From: Marsupella aquatica
Lineage: Eukaryota; Plantae; Marchantiophyta
DNA length: 64,000 nucleotides
Reading direction: 5' to 3'
Assembly: GCA_973895155.1 (NCBI GenBank)
Contig: OZ316896.1
Span: 10,551,525 to 10,615,524, forward strand
In this document: piece after piece, positions 1 to 11,046 of the stretch
Position numbering within the stretch: position 1 is the first letter of the stretch
Layout of the letters: every line of letters starts with the position of its first letter
The notes under the pieces: model-generated
The model's database searches: none
Told to the model about the DNA's origin: nothing
The model's input: only the letters and a program-made list of their open reading frames with translations
Made by a program: the position numbers and the translations under genes

Positions 1-453
1 ACAATAGTATTTCCTGTCACTAACCTCCTAGCAAAAAGTTAAACCACACCTGCCACTATAAAAGCCTCATTCCATGTCTCACTACTCACCATAAAAGGTG
101 GAACACTAGCACATTTTGTGGAGTAGTTGCCAAAAAAAGGTTTTGCAGTCAGCACCTTTTGTGGAGCTCAAAGCCAATTTCTGAACTTGTACTCCTTAGA
201 ATGAAAGCTACGGGCTACCCGTAGCCCTTTATAGGGACAGGTGTGGTTTAAGGACTATGAATCCATAACCCATAAGGAATAAGAATATGAATACACAACA
301 CATAACTAGGGAGATAAGGTCCATCAAATTGTCAACTTTGAAGATGTACTATGTCACACCATACCATGAAGAACCCAATTATTTTGTTTTAAACCAGTGA
401 AATTCATAGTACACATTATATAGTCACGTTTTGATGTGCAATCATTAGGACTT

Positions 454-534
454 CACTAAACTGGGCAGGTAGGGTTCTCTACTCATACCACTAAACTGGG
501 CGGGTAAGGTTCCCTACTCATACCACTAAATTGG
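454..534. repeat. 35-bp tandem repeat, ~2.3 copies
   Basis: Unit CACTAAACTGGGCRGGTARGGTTCYCTACTCATAC at 454 and 489, partial copy at 524. Confidence 0.8.
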
Positions 535-709
535 AGCACTTGAAGCTCAAGCCTGGTATTGTGTAAGGTGACCCATCCCCAAGAGGGGGAAGTGGGATGT
601 AATCCCAAAGGGTGCTGAGCCTGAGGGAATTATAGCCATTATCTCCAAGTGGGGATGATTTACCGACCTAAAGCCTGTGAATTTTATGTATCATTCAGTT
701 CAGTTTTAC

Positions 710-2091
710 ACTGGAAAAGTTTTATCCGTCAATCTGAAAGATTGGAGACCACTAACAATGCTCAACACGGTCTACAAACTGATTGCCAAATTCTAGCTCT
801 GCGTCTCAAGCCATTCCTGCAGAAGCTCACAGCCCACAGCAAACGGGATTTATTCCAGGCAGACACATACTAGAAATATCTCCATTGTGTGGCTGACTGT
901 GGATTGGGTCACTCATCAGAAACAGGAGTCGCTATTTCTACAATTAGATTCGAGAAAGCCTTCGACCGGGTCTCTCATTCGTACATTTGGGAGACCATGC
1001 ACATCCTAGGCTTGGGACCCCACTTCATTAGTCTTGTCAGATCACTCATCAGCAACGCTAGCTCTCAAATACATATAAATGGGCTCTTTTCTAAGGATAT
1101 TCTGATGAGGAGAGGCGTCCGTCAGGGCTGCCCGCTCTCTCCTTTGCTCTTTGTTATTACTACTCAGCCACTGATGGATCATCTCGACACTGCAATTTTG
1201 AATGGGAAATTTAAGGGAGTACAGATATTAGATACTTTAATAATCAGCTATAGGCTTTTTGCAGATGACATGGGCCTGTTCATACAAGCTTCCGAGGAGG
1301 ACTTCAAAGGTGCCACGGAAGCAATTGCGTGCTACAAACTGGCCTCAGGAGCTAGGCTGAACCTCCTCAAGTCTACTGTTATCCCTTTGGCCTTGAAGAA
1401 CACTCCAGTGTGGCTAGCCAACACGGGATGCAAGATCAGCAAGTGTGGAGAGGTACAAAGGTATCTTGGAGCGCCAATGGGGTGGGGTTTGAACGATGCA
1501 CAACTGCACACCTTCTGCTTAGACAAGATTGATAACAGACTTTCTACCTGGGCAAATAGGTTCCTCTCATTTACCGGCCAGACAATTCTTGTAAAACGTG
1601 TATTGCAGGCTATTCCTATCTACCACATGATGTTTTTGCATTCTTTGAACAGCCTGGCCATCAAATTAATAGCACTTTGCAGGTCTGTCTCTGGGGTTAT
1701 AATGCTAATGGTGGACAAAAGATCCCTCTCGTTGCCTGGAAAATGCTCTCCAGGCCCAAGCTCGATGGTGGGCTTGGTCTGAAAAACTTCAGAGCCCATT
1801 CTGATGCCTTACTATGTCAATGGTTCAATAGGGCTTTAGACCGGCAATCCTTTGACTAGGATAGATTGTTTGCTGCTAATCTCTTTTGGCAAAATGGCGT
1901 AATGCTAAAACCATCCGGCGGAACAAGTATTCTTTCACAGATAGGCTTCTGTTCTGCTACCCACGTGCCTTTAGTGGACTGAGCTACACTGGAAGCCTAT
2001 GGCAAGCATGGGAGATGCTACGCACACACCTCATTTTTTTCTCCTAGAAACACTGCAGTAGACACTTGGTGGAGAGTGGAAGATGTAATCC
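710..2091 (+). pseudogene. L1-type LINE ORF2 reverse transcriptase fragment, frameshifted, cut at 2091 by the CACTA end
   Basis: DWRPLTMLNTVYKLIAK, FEKAFDRVSH, RGVRQGCPLSPLLF, LFADD, RYLGAP, GGLGLK motifs spread over several frames. Confidence 0.9.
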
Positions 2092-4471
2092 CACTAGAAG
2101 AAACTGGCCCATTTTGAGACCCTGCCTTTAGTGACTCCAATGAGACTGGTCAGAATTTGTGACTCCTAGATTGTTGGTGTCATTTTAGTTACAAGTTGTG
2201 GACTTAGTTCAGGGGTATTCCTGGGGAAGTCATTTGTATAACTATTGGGGAAGTTGTAACTTTAACTAAGTTAAGCCAACAAGAATGAAGTTATATAAGT
2301 GACTCATGAGTGAAGTTATTGCACCAGGCAAGGATGGTGAAACCTGGTTTTGTGTATAACGCATGGTTTTGTGCACTATAACGCATGGTTTTTCAGTTTG
2401 TCAAGACCTTATTTTAACACCTACTTTTATTCAATAAGTCCATGCAATTCTTTGTCTTACTATTTTTGACAAGCAATGCATGCTTCAGATTCAATAATCC
2501 AACCTAAATGTGACACATATTCACAATATGATCAGGTCTTCAATACCTTACCCAAAAAAGAATACTTTTCATAATGGTCATGTTTAGTCATACCTGACCA
2601 TTTGGCCCCGTTTTTCACCAAAGGGGGTGGTTCAAAGTTGTTCCTAGCCACTCACCCCACATATAACGTGTGCCTAAGTCCTTTGGTTCTCACAAAGGAA
2701 AATCAAGCTTAGGAAAATCATAGACTTTTGTGAAGTTGGGGGCAAAATACAAGGAGTACTCGGGGGCAAAATACAGGGTGGAACCGGTTTTGCCCCCCCC
2801 CCCCCCAACAACAGTCGGCCCTTCTCACCACGACTTAGGGTGAGGGGAGCCTGGCTGAGCATTGCCCAGCCCCGATCTGTGTTGCTCGATTCCCCCCCCC
2901 CGCCAATGTTGCGCTGCATTGTTGCGTTGTTGAGCTCCATTGCTGCGAAGAGTTTTATGGTCTAGGTGACATCGCTGCTAAGCTCAATTCGCGAGCTGCC
3001 TAGGTCCATTGCCAAATGCTGCTTCCTTCAATCGTCTGCTGCCTGCTGTTACAATCGCCTGCTCAATCGTGCACCCAATCGCCTAGAGCTCATTCACCTG
3101 AAGTTCAATCGACTGCTGCTCAAACTGCTATTGCTGCAATTGCGAGCTACTCAATCTGTTGTTGCTGCAATCGCAAGCTGCTCGATCACGAGCTACCTAG
3201 CTTCATTGTGAGTTGCCTCCCTGTTTTCCTTGTTCTCCCTCTTGCTTTCAGTAATTGTATTGAGGTCTTTCGATCAGTTTCAGAGGGGAGGCATTGTCTC
3301 TGCAAGTTGTTAGTGAGCTAAGTAGGTACTGTGTGTAGGTTTAGGCATCGGTAACTGAGTCATCGGTCACTGAGGCATCGGTCACTGAGGCATTGGTCTT
3401 TAAGTTGTGGTCACTGATGAGCTGTTTGAGTTGCGATGTCTGAAAATTGATTTATTTGAGCTGAATGCTAGCATTGAGGTGCCTAGCTCCACATCAATCA
3501 GTGCTTAATGAGAGTGAGGGCTACGGTGGGGGAGATGATTTGTGGCTTCCTGTGGTGCGTCCCATGGCTCCCTAAACCCAAGAAACCCCCCAGCTCAAGC
3601 CGATTCCCGCAGGTTTCGTGCTTGGCGAGGCCGTTTCCGCGGCTTAGCGGCATGGGATGCTGCTAACCTTCTACTACTACTATTAACATTTTACACACAT
3701 ATACTGGACAGATCCTTCATCGGGTCATGAGATACGTAGCCGGCCTAATATAGGCCTTCCCCTGTCTTCCCCTGTCTTCCCCTCCGTCTTGTTAGGTATG
3801 TTTGGATTCCGCCGCCGGAATGATCCCCAATAGGCTTGGTTAAGCCGCTAAGACCTCTCTCAGCTCGACACATCCAACTCTCACTCCCCTGCTTACTTTC
3901 CTTCCTTCTGTTGATGTGGGCACTCTTCACACAAGTTAATGCGACACACAAATAGCAAAATGACTCATTCTGACTGAGTCATACCATGCACTTGCCATAC
4001 AAACAGTACATCTCATACACAAGTTCTGCGAACTAAGCCGTGAGGCCAACTCTATTCAGCTCTTAGGCATGAGGAAACATGAATATATACAAGGGTCACT
4101 GTATGACTAACCGAGAGCTTCTCGTACTACTTGATCCCAGCCCGGCTGGTGCAAACTAAAAACTTGCTAAAGAAGAGGCCCTGAGCTCCCCGCTGCCCAG
4201 GTACTTATCCTGGTAGTGGATCCGCCATTCTTTGCATCGTAAGCCTAATCTACTTAACAGTAATCTACTTGCCCGAATCTACCTATGTACAGCAAGGCAG
4301 GAGCACAAGTGTTGCTCCTACCAGTGGGACCACAATCCCACTAAGCTAAGTGTCAGGGCCGCTCCTGGTTCTGATCCTAATCCTAAACGTGGAGATCCGC
4401 GCTCGCCCTGCCCACTCACGCCTCCTCCCTCCACGTCCGCCCTCCCTAAAAGGAACGGCGCCCTTGCACCA

Positions 4472-7400
4472 TCACGACACCGGTGGTGGATCCTTAATGG
4501 ACGCCCCCAACGCTTCCTCCTCAGCCACTGCCGTTGGCCCGCCTACTGACAGATTACCTGCCCTTGACTGAGTCAACTCTCCATCGGCCTGACTGGGTCC
4601 ACCTTCGGCTTCAGCCTCGACACCGGCCTCGGCAATACCCACGGCTTCGGCCTCAGCCACTCCCACGGCTTCGGCCTCCCCTTCCCCTAGGGTAGTTGGA
4701 TCCTTAGCCGTGACCCTGTCTAGGGTCGGTGCTGGGTCTACCTCCTTGATCACCACGGCCTGTGAAGTCGTATTACTCCTTGACCCTGAAGGTTTCCGCT
4801 TCTTCTTCGTTGGTGGCTCGGCAGCTGGTCCCTTCCCCTTCCCACTTACTTCTGGCACTGGTGCAGTTGGCGCGGCTTGTCCTTCGGCAATTACCACCCC
4901 TGGTAACTGGTTTGTCCCAACGGGAGATGGACCTGCTGCAGCTAAGCATTTAAATACTGCGGCTTGTTTCTTCAGCCGCTCTGTTTGGTTGTCGGCCCGC
5001 CGCTGTAGGTTCTCCATCTTCCTCGTGATTTCCTCCAACTCCTCTTGGGTTTCATCCAGGTCCTTACGTGCCCCCTCCAGCTCGTTTTTGGCCTCCTCCT
5101 GCTCCCTGTGGGCTTCCTCCAATTCCTTCTTCAAGGTAGCCCTCTCCTCCTGGGTTGCTCTTAGCTCCTTGTCGAGCTCTGCAATGATGACAGACTCCAT
5201 CTGGTTCATCTTGGCGTAAGTCTGTTCGAGCATCTCGTCCTTCTCCCTTAGGTCGGCCTTGAAGCTGGCCGTCAGGGACGCAAGCTCCTGCTGCAGCGCC
5301 ATAATCCCTTGATAGGATTTCCCTAACTCGACCTCCTTCTGCTCAAGGGCTCCGCGGATTTTCTCGAGCTCCCCTTTCAACGCCCATTCCTTTCTTTGGG
5401 TCTCCGCCATGGCCCGGCTGTTGGCTGTTATGTGGGCCTCCTCTGTATTCTTCAGCTCTTGCTTCCACTTCTCCCTCTCTTTGATCATGTCGGCCAACTC
5501 TTCCTGCGTCTGAGTCAATTTATCCTTGATATTCTGATTATCAGCCTGCGCGGTGTCCAACTGCCCCTGCATGATGTTCAACTCATGTCGTTTAATCCGC
5601 AGTTCATCTTGGGCTTTCTTGGCCGCCCTTAGATCTTCAATCTCAGCTTCCATCCTCCTAAGCCGCCGAATGACCTCGTCCTTCTTGCTTCTCTCTAAAG
5701 CCACCGCTTCTTCTAATTGGTGCTTCTCCAACTGCTCCCTATGGAAAAAGGGTCCTATCTCCAACTCCTCTCCAAAGATGCCGAGCGCAAGTTCCCCACA
5801 CATCTCACCATACTCCATGGCTCTATTCTTAGCGTAGGTGGAGTAAGTAGAAGTGATCGGCATCGCCCATCGTGGCCTCTGCTCCCAAGCCGTCCTGCGG
5901 ATCTCTTCAATCGTGGCTAGAGGTTTGCTTCCTTTTTCGGCTAGCCGCCTGATGTCCTCCGGCCAATCTCCTCCTGGTAAATCCTTTTCCTTAGCCAGGG
6001 CGGCCTCTTCCTCCTGCTTGATTCGCTCCTGAAATTCCTGCACCGTCTGTTTTATGCCGTCGAAGCTCGGGGGAGCAACATCTGGTGGGGGAGACTCAGG
6101 GCTACTCTGCTGGTTGGGGTCCCCTCGCACTACCCTTGGAAGTGTGGGGACAAACCGGCCATAGGTCCTTACTCCTGGAACGTGATGGTCCGACCCATAG
6201 CCGGAATTATCATGGCTGCAGTCCTCCACTGCCTCCTCTACCTCTTGGACGTCCGGCTTCTCCCTCTCCTCTTCGTCGGTAGGAGCTTCAGGCAATTCTG
6301 CCTCAGATTCGGAGCTTGAGGTTCCCACGTACATTCGAACACCTGGCTTGGATTCCGGCCTGATTCTCTCCTTGTCTCCAGCAAAGGGATTTTCTCTTGT
6401 GAGCCGGTGTAGGCCTACCTCTGTAGTAGTGTCCTGCATTGTTGCCGTTGCCGTTGTTGTTGCCGATGCCGATTTCTTTTCTTTCTCCAGTAGTTTCAGC
6501 AGACTCTGCATGCCTGGTTGCTGCATCGGCAAGTCTTCCTTCCTGGGCCTAAACACCTGCTCGATCGTAGGACTAACAGGTGGTTGAGGCTTCTCAGCCA
6601 ACGGCCTCGGCGTTGGAGCTTCCTCCGGTGCCCTTACCTGCAGGGGAAGTACCGGGGCAAAAGTCTGACCTCTGGCATACCGGCACAACAGCGGCATGTG
6701 ATAGCCAAGCCACGACACGCTCCCCATGCCGATTACCTGCTGCTCCTCCTTTAAGATCTTCTTCAATTGGTTGAGGAGGTACCCGTTGTAGTCCCGGCTT
6801 GGGTCTGGCCTTTCTGCCAGATAGACCTGTGCCTTGCCGATCTCTGCCCTCGGCAAGTTACAATGCATGGTCACCCGTAAGAAGTCGATCATCTCTCCTA
6901 TGTGCGGGTTGGTGCAGGTGTTCCGGAAGAAGCCATTCTTCGTTGATGGCCCGGGGAACAACCGGAACTCCTTATCAGGCAGGGTCTTCCTGGTATCAAC
7001 TTTGGTCTTATTGCCTATCGGCAAGCCAAACACTTCGGCAATTACCTTGGGAGTAAGATAGAAATCCTTCCCATATATCCTCGTGCAATTGGTCTCGGGT
7101 TCCCATGACCCCACGAATTCTAATAGGTCTGACTCCGGTACCTCCGGCTTCAGCCATGGTAATCTTACAAAGGCCTCCAAGCCAGATCCGGCCATGAAGC
7201 CTTGGTACTTCTTGGTCTGCATGGCCGTAAAGCATGCATCCTCCTCCCGTGCAAAATGTAGTTGCACCTCCACCGGTAGGGTTGCCGCCCAGCCCTTCCA
7301 GGTGTCATCCCTGGTTGGAATGGCCTTGATGGGATCGACCTCCTCCTCTTCGGCTTCTCCCTGCCTCCTGCTCTGCTGCTCGGCTGGCCTCTTTGGTGCC

Positions 7401-7489
7401 GCCGACCTCGCTCTTTTTGTCGGGGTGGCTTCATCGTTGACGGCCCCCTTCCTCTTCATCTCTGCTGCCGTGGAGGTTTCTCCTAGCAC
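4472..7489 (-). CDS. LTR-encoded ORF-B, ~1000 aa: N-terminal PMD/plant-transposon-protein-like segment, acidic linker, long coiled coil
   Basis: Uninterrupted 1005-codon ORF (first ATG 7459). LLEFVGSWEPET..IYGKDFYLTPKVIAEVFGLP resembles the plant mobile domain / Athila-type accessory motif. About 250 aa of E/K/L heptads; basic NLS-like stretches KRK and KKKRK. Confidence 0.8.
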   Translation of the reverse strand: MLGETSTAAEMKRKGAVNDEATPTKRARSAAPKRPAEQQSRRQGEAEEEEVDPIKAIPTRDDTWKGWAATLPVEVQLHFAREEDACFTAMQTKKYQGFMAGSGLEAFVRLPWLKPEVPESDLLEFVGSWEPETNCTRIYGKDFYLTPKVIAEVFGLPIGNKTKVDTRKTLPDKEFRLFPGPSTKNGFFRNTCTNPHIGEMIDFLRVTMHCNLPRAEIGKAQVYLAERPDPSRDYNGYLLNQLKKILKEEQQVIGMGSVSWLGYHMPLLCRYARGQTFAPVLPLQVRAPEEAPTPRPLAEKPQPPVSPTIEQVFRPRKEDLPMQQPGMQSLLKLLEKEKKSASATTTATATMQDTTTEVGLHRLTRENPFAGDKERIRPESKPGVRMYVGTSSSESEAELPEAPTDEEEREKPDVQEVEEAVEDCSHDNSGYGSDHHVPGVRTYGRFVPTLPRVVRGDPNQQSSPESPPPDVAPPSFDGIKQTVQEFQERIKQEEEAALAKEKDLPGGDWPEDIRRLAEKGSKPLATIEEIRRTAWEQRPRWAMPITSTYSTYAKNRAMEYGEMCGELALGIFGEELEIGPFFHREQLEKHQLEEAVALERSKKDEVIRRLRRMEAEIEDLRAAKKAQDELRIKRHELNIMQGQLDTAQADNQNIKDKLTQTQEELADMIKEREKWKQELKNTEEAHITANSRAMAETQRKEWALKGELEKIRGALEQKEVELGKSYQGIMALQQELASLTASFKADLREKDEMLEQTYAKMNQMESVIIAELDKELRATQEERATLKKELEEAHREQEEAKNELEGARKDLDETQEELEEITRKMENLQRRADNQTERLKKQAAVFKCLAAAGPSPVGTNQLPGVVIAEGQAAPTAPVPEVSGKGKGPAAEPPTKKKRKPSGSRSNTTSQAVVIKEVDPAPTLDRVTAKDPTTLGEGEAEAVGVAEAEAVGIAEAGVEAEAEGGPSQADGELTQSRAGNLSVGGPTAVAEEEALGASIKDPPPVS

Positions 7490-8114
7490 CGTTGCCTGGG
7501 TCCACCTTTCCGTGCTTTATACCCTTTAATTCCCAGTGTATGTCGTTGCAGTTCTTGATGGCCTCTCGGATGCCGACGACGCTGTCTTTGCAAAACAGAA
7601 GATCGTCGAGTTGATTGGAAGTAGGCGTCCACAAGAACTCGTCCTTGATGAGTTCGCCTCCTAAGAAAGCCGTCTTGTGCAGCTCCCACAATCGAGCAAG
7701 CTCCTGCCGTTCTCGAGCTGCCCTTTCTGACTCCTCGTCCTCGTAAGTCTTGATGTACTCAGTTGCCCGTTCGAACAGGCATCCCCAGAAATGTGCCGCT
7801 TGATTGACGTTGCTCATACCCTCCTTAGGTCGATCGTCGGTATCAATTCTCTCCCCGAGTGCTTGCCTAAGCAGCTGACAGTAGTTGGCCTCCCGTAGTC
7901 GTCTGCCTAGTTCGTGCTCGCAAATGAGCCACCATCTCCTGCAAGCGCTCCTTACCCCTCTCCTCTGCCGGTCCTTCTTCCCGTTGATCCTTCCTAGCCG
8001 CCGACGCTTAACGCGCCCTAACCCTAATCGGGTTTTCACCCTCTGCCTTACCTCCGGCCTCTGCCCGGGTTCCATGGTTGCCCCTAATTGTTTATATTTT
8101 CCTTGTTTTGTCAC
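7431..8114 (-). CDS. LTR-encoded ORF-A, ~214-227 aa, Arg-rich N-terminus, unknown function
   Basis: Open in both LTR copies (also 18295-18978); first ATG 8075; overlaps the start of ORF-B. Confidence 0.65.
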   Translation of the reverse strand: MTKQGKYKQLGATMEPGQRPEVRQRVKTRLGLGRVKRRRLGRINGKKDRQRRGVRSACRRWWLICEHELGRRLREANYCQLLRQALGERIDTDDRPKEGMSNVNQAAHFWGCLFERATEYIKTYEDEESERAARERQELARLWELHKTAFLGGELIKDEFLWTPTSNQLDDLLFCKDSVVGIREAIKNCNDIHWELKGIKHGKVDPGNGARRNLHGSRDEEEGGRQR

Positions 8115-8178
8115 TATACTAAGGTGTTCCTAGGGTGCCTTCCTGCTTTACCCACTTAACCGGCCGAGTGATTCCTGT

Positions 8179-11040
8179 CTAGGCATCACATAGCTCCCCA
8201 CTTAATTGTGAAGCGTCCTCGCGAACAACTTCATCTTTGTCCATATAGTATTTCTTGAGGCGGTCATAATGGATGCGAACTGGATATACCTCTCCCGTAA
8301 TGTTGGCCAATTGTACGGAGCCATTGGGGAACATCATGGTTACTCTAAAGGGTCCTAACCAGCGAGTGTAAAGCTTTCCTGGAAACCTACTATACCTACT
8401 GTCATAAAGTAGCACAAGATCACCGGTATGAATACTAACTACTTTTAACCTTTTATCATACTGCTGCTTCATGATATTCTGTCTATATTCTACTCTCTCG
8501 GCTGAAATCATTCTCGCTTCCTCTAAAGCTTCTAACCTATATTCTCGCTCCTTTAGGCTCTCCTCCGCTGAGGCTCTTTCCTCAATTGTAACTTGAAATG
8601 TCGGTATCTCAAGTTGCATGGGTACCAGGGCTTCTTGTCCAAAGGTTAAGAAGAAGGGTGTATGACCGGTAGTGGATTTATAGGCAAGATTGTAAGCAAA
8701 AACAGCAGCAAACAATTTATCATCCCAATCGAGTTTGTTCTGAGCTACTGTCTTGTTCAATATCTTTCCTATGATTCCGTTTGCTCGTTCTGTCAACCCG
8801 TTTGCCTTTGGATGGTAGGGAGTAGTAGGCCTATGTTTAACTAAATACTGCTCATTTAAACGACTAATTATATCATTCAAAAAATGGGTTCCTCTATCAC
8901 TAACTAATTCTAGGGGTGCTCCATACCTGGTGAAGATCTGCTCATACATGAATCTAGCCGTAGTAATTGCATCATCCTTCATTGTTGGTCTGGCCTCTAC
9001 CCATTTAGTTGCATAATCCGTAGCCAGGATTATGTACTTGTTCCGTCGAGGGTGGGTCAGTGGTTTCAGAGGTCCAATGTAATCAATACCCCACTTCTCG
9101 AATGGTGCCAGAGGTAGAATAGGGTGCAGTGGATGCCTGGTGGACGCCCTTGGTCCTCCCACTCGTTGACAAGGATCGCATTGTTTGATAAACTGATAGA
9201 CATCTTTGTGCAAGGTGGGCCACCAGTAACCGGCATTTAATATCTTCTTAGACGTGGTTACTGGGGCAAAATGTCCTCCGGCCTTCTCTCCATGCATGGC
9301 CCGTAGGACTCGTTTTACCTCTCTCTTTTCCAAACACCTTTGAATCGTGCCGTTGATTCCATGCTTGTGCAGTATGCCTTTAATGCACTGATATTGTCTG
9401 ACCTTCCGCACAAAGACTGCGGCTTGCTCTCGGCTTAATCCTGGCTGTAATCTGGAAGTGCTGAGAAATTGTAAAATCTCAGGGTACCATGTACCAGCTA
9501 TTTCCACAACGAATAGCTCCTCGTCGGGGAATCGATCATCGATGCAATCCGTGGCAGGTTTTCCTGTGATCCTTGAAAAGAAGTCGGCATTGGCATGTAA
9601 CTTTCCCGGCTTGATCCTCAGCTCATAGTCAAACTCCTGTAATAGCAAAATCCATCTTGCTACTCTGCCTGTAAGGTCCGGCTTATTGACTAGGTACTTC
9701 AAACTTTCATGATCAGTATGAAAGATTACCTTGTACCCTAGTAAATAATGCCTAAACTTTTTACAAGAATAAATGACTCCTAATGCTTCTCTTTCCGTGG
9801 TAGAGTAGTTCCGTTTGGCATCGGCAAGCTGACGGCTTGCGAAGTATATGGGATGGTCCCTTCCTTTCTCATCCAACTGACTTAGTACTGAGCCAATACA
9901 GAAGCCCGAGACATCTACAAAAACATGAAAATCTTTGTTCCAGTCCGGTGCTATCATGACTGGGGCCTCTACTAACATCTGCTTCAATTCTACCACCGCT
10001 GTGACTCGTTCAGGTGTGGGTTCGAAGTCTGCTCCTGCCTTGAGCATATTGGTTAATGGTAAAGCCAGCTTGGCAAAATCCTTGATGAACCGGCGATAGT
10101 AACCAATGCATCCCAAGAAGGATCTTACATCCTTTATGTTCTTAGGTTGCATGATATCTAGCCATACTGCTAGCTTACCTTTGTCAATCTCAATGCCCTT
10201 CCTTGATACCTTGTGACCTAGTAGCACCCCCTCGGTTACTGCAAAAAAACATTTATCTGGGTGTAACTTGAGACCCACCTCTCTACATCTCATGAAGGTT
10301 TTCCTGAGGTATTTAGCATGTTTCGATGCCTTCCCGAATACTGCAAAGTCATCAATGAAGATTTCCATGAACTTTCTCAAGTAATCATGAAAAATGTTCA
10401 CCATTAATCGTTGGAACATAGCTGGTGCGTTGCAGAGTCCAAACGGCATACGATTGAAGACATAGATCCCCCATTCCGTGATGAAGGCCGTCTTGATTTG
10501 GTCTTCTTGCCGAATCCTGATTTGGTTATAACCAGAGTATCCATCCATGAATGAATATAGTTCATGACTGGCTACCATGTCTAGTACCATATCAGTAAAC
10601 GGTAAAGGAAAATGGTCTTTTAATGTTGCTTCATTCAGCTTCCTGTAATCCTGACAAACCCGGATCTTGGGTTTACCATCAGGTCCAGCTTTCTTGGGAA
10701 CTATCACAATTGGAGACACCCAGTCTGAATGCAGGACTGGAGTGATGAATCCAGCTTCCACTAGTTTGTCGATTTCTGTTTTGACCAGCAGGGAATACTT
10801 CGGGTTCATCCTTCGAATTGGTTGTCGAAATGATTTGGCTCCTAACATGAGATCAATTCGATGTTCCCCTAGTGTTGGATCTACTCCCTTTAGATCTTGG
10901 TGACTCCATGCAAACACATCCTGAAATTCAATCAATAAGTCACTGATCTCTTTCTCAAGCTCAGGTGCTAGGTTTCTCCCTAAGTTCAGTTCTCTTCCCT
11001 CTCCTAAGTCGAGCTTCCGATATTGCCGTGCTTGGATCAT
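8179..11040 (-). CDS. pol: Pol: reverse transcriptase, RNase H, integrase
   Basis: RVCQDYRKLN, MDGYSGYNQI, MPFGLCNAP, FIDDF; RNase H DVSG/EREAL/TDH; integrase H..H..CDPC, WGIDYIG, SDRGTHF, NGLTER, WLGPF. The ORF runs through the PPT and stops 12 nt inside the LTR. Confidence 0.97.
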   Translation of the reverse strand: MIQARQYRKLDLGEGRELNLGRNLAPELEKEISDLLIEFQDVFAWSHQDLKGVDPTLGEHRIDLMLGAKSFRQPIRRMNPKYSLLVKTEIDKLVEAGFITPVLHSDWVSPIVIVPKKAGPDGKPKIRVCQDYRKLNEATLKDHFPLPFTDMVLDMVASHELYSFMDGYSGYNQIRIRQEDQIKTAFITEWGIYVFNRMPFGLCNAPAMFQRLMVNIFHDYLRKFMEIFIDDFAVFGKASKHAKYLRKTFMRCREVGLKLHPDKCFFAVTEGVLLGHKVSRKGIEIDKGKLAVWLDIMQPKNIKDVRSFLGCIGYYRRFIKDFAKLALPLTNMLKAGADFEPTPERVTAVVELKQMLVEAPVMIAPDWNKDFHVFVDVSGFCIGSVLSQLDEKGRDHPIYFASRQLADAKRNYSTTEREALGVIYSCKKFRHYLLGYKVIFHTDHESLKYLVNKPDLTGRVARWILLLQEFDYELRIKPGKLHANADFFSRITGKPATDCIDDRFPDEELFVVEIAGTWYPEILQFLSTSRLQPGLSREQAAVFVRKVRQYQCIKGILHKHGINGTIQRCLEKREVKRVLRAMHGEKAGGHFAPVTTSKKILNAGYWWPTLHKDVYQFIKQCDPCQRVGGPRASTRHPLHPILPLAPFEKWGIDYIGPLKPLTHPRRNKYIILATDYATKWVEARPTMKDDAITTARFMYEQIFTRYGAPLELVSDRGTHFLNDIISRLNEQYLVKHRPTTPYHPKANGLTERANGIIGKILNKTVAQNKLDWDDKLFAAVFAYNLAYKSTTGHTPFFLTFGQEALVPMQLEIPTFQVTIEERASAEESLKEREYRLEALEEARMISAERVEYRQNIMKQQYDKRLKVVSIHTGDLVLLYDSRYSRFPGKLYTRWLGPFRVTMMFPNGSVQLANITGEVYPVRIHYDRLKKYYMDKDEVVREDASQLSGELCDA
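8191..8205 (-). promoter_or_regulatory. Polypurine tract
   Basis: Minus strand TTAAGTGGGGAGCTA directly precedes the TG of the 3' LTR. Confidence 0.8.
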
Positions 11041-11046
11041 ATTAAT

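Larger units (their letters stand above)
3551..8190 (-). repeat. 3' LTR (4640 bp, protein-coding)
   Basis: Matches 14415-19054 with about 30 substitutions counted by eye (mostly transitions) and no indels. Terminal inverted repeat TGTGRTGC. Confidence 0.97.

Noticed and set aside
4472-7489. env gene or host SMC/myosin gene
   Set aside because: No signal peptide, transmembrane stretch or ATPase motif seen; the resemblance is only coiled-coil composition.
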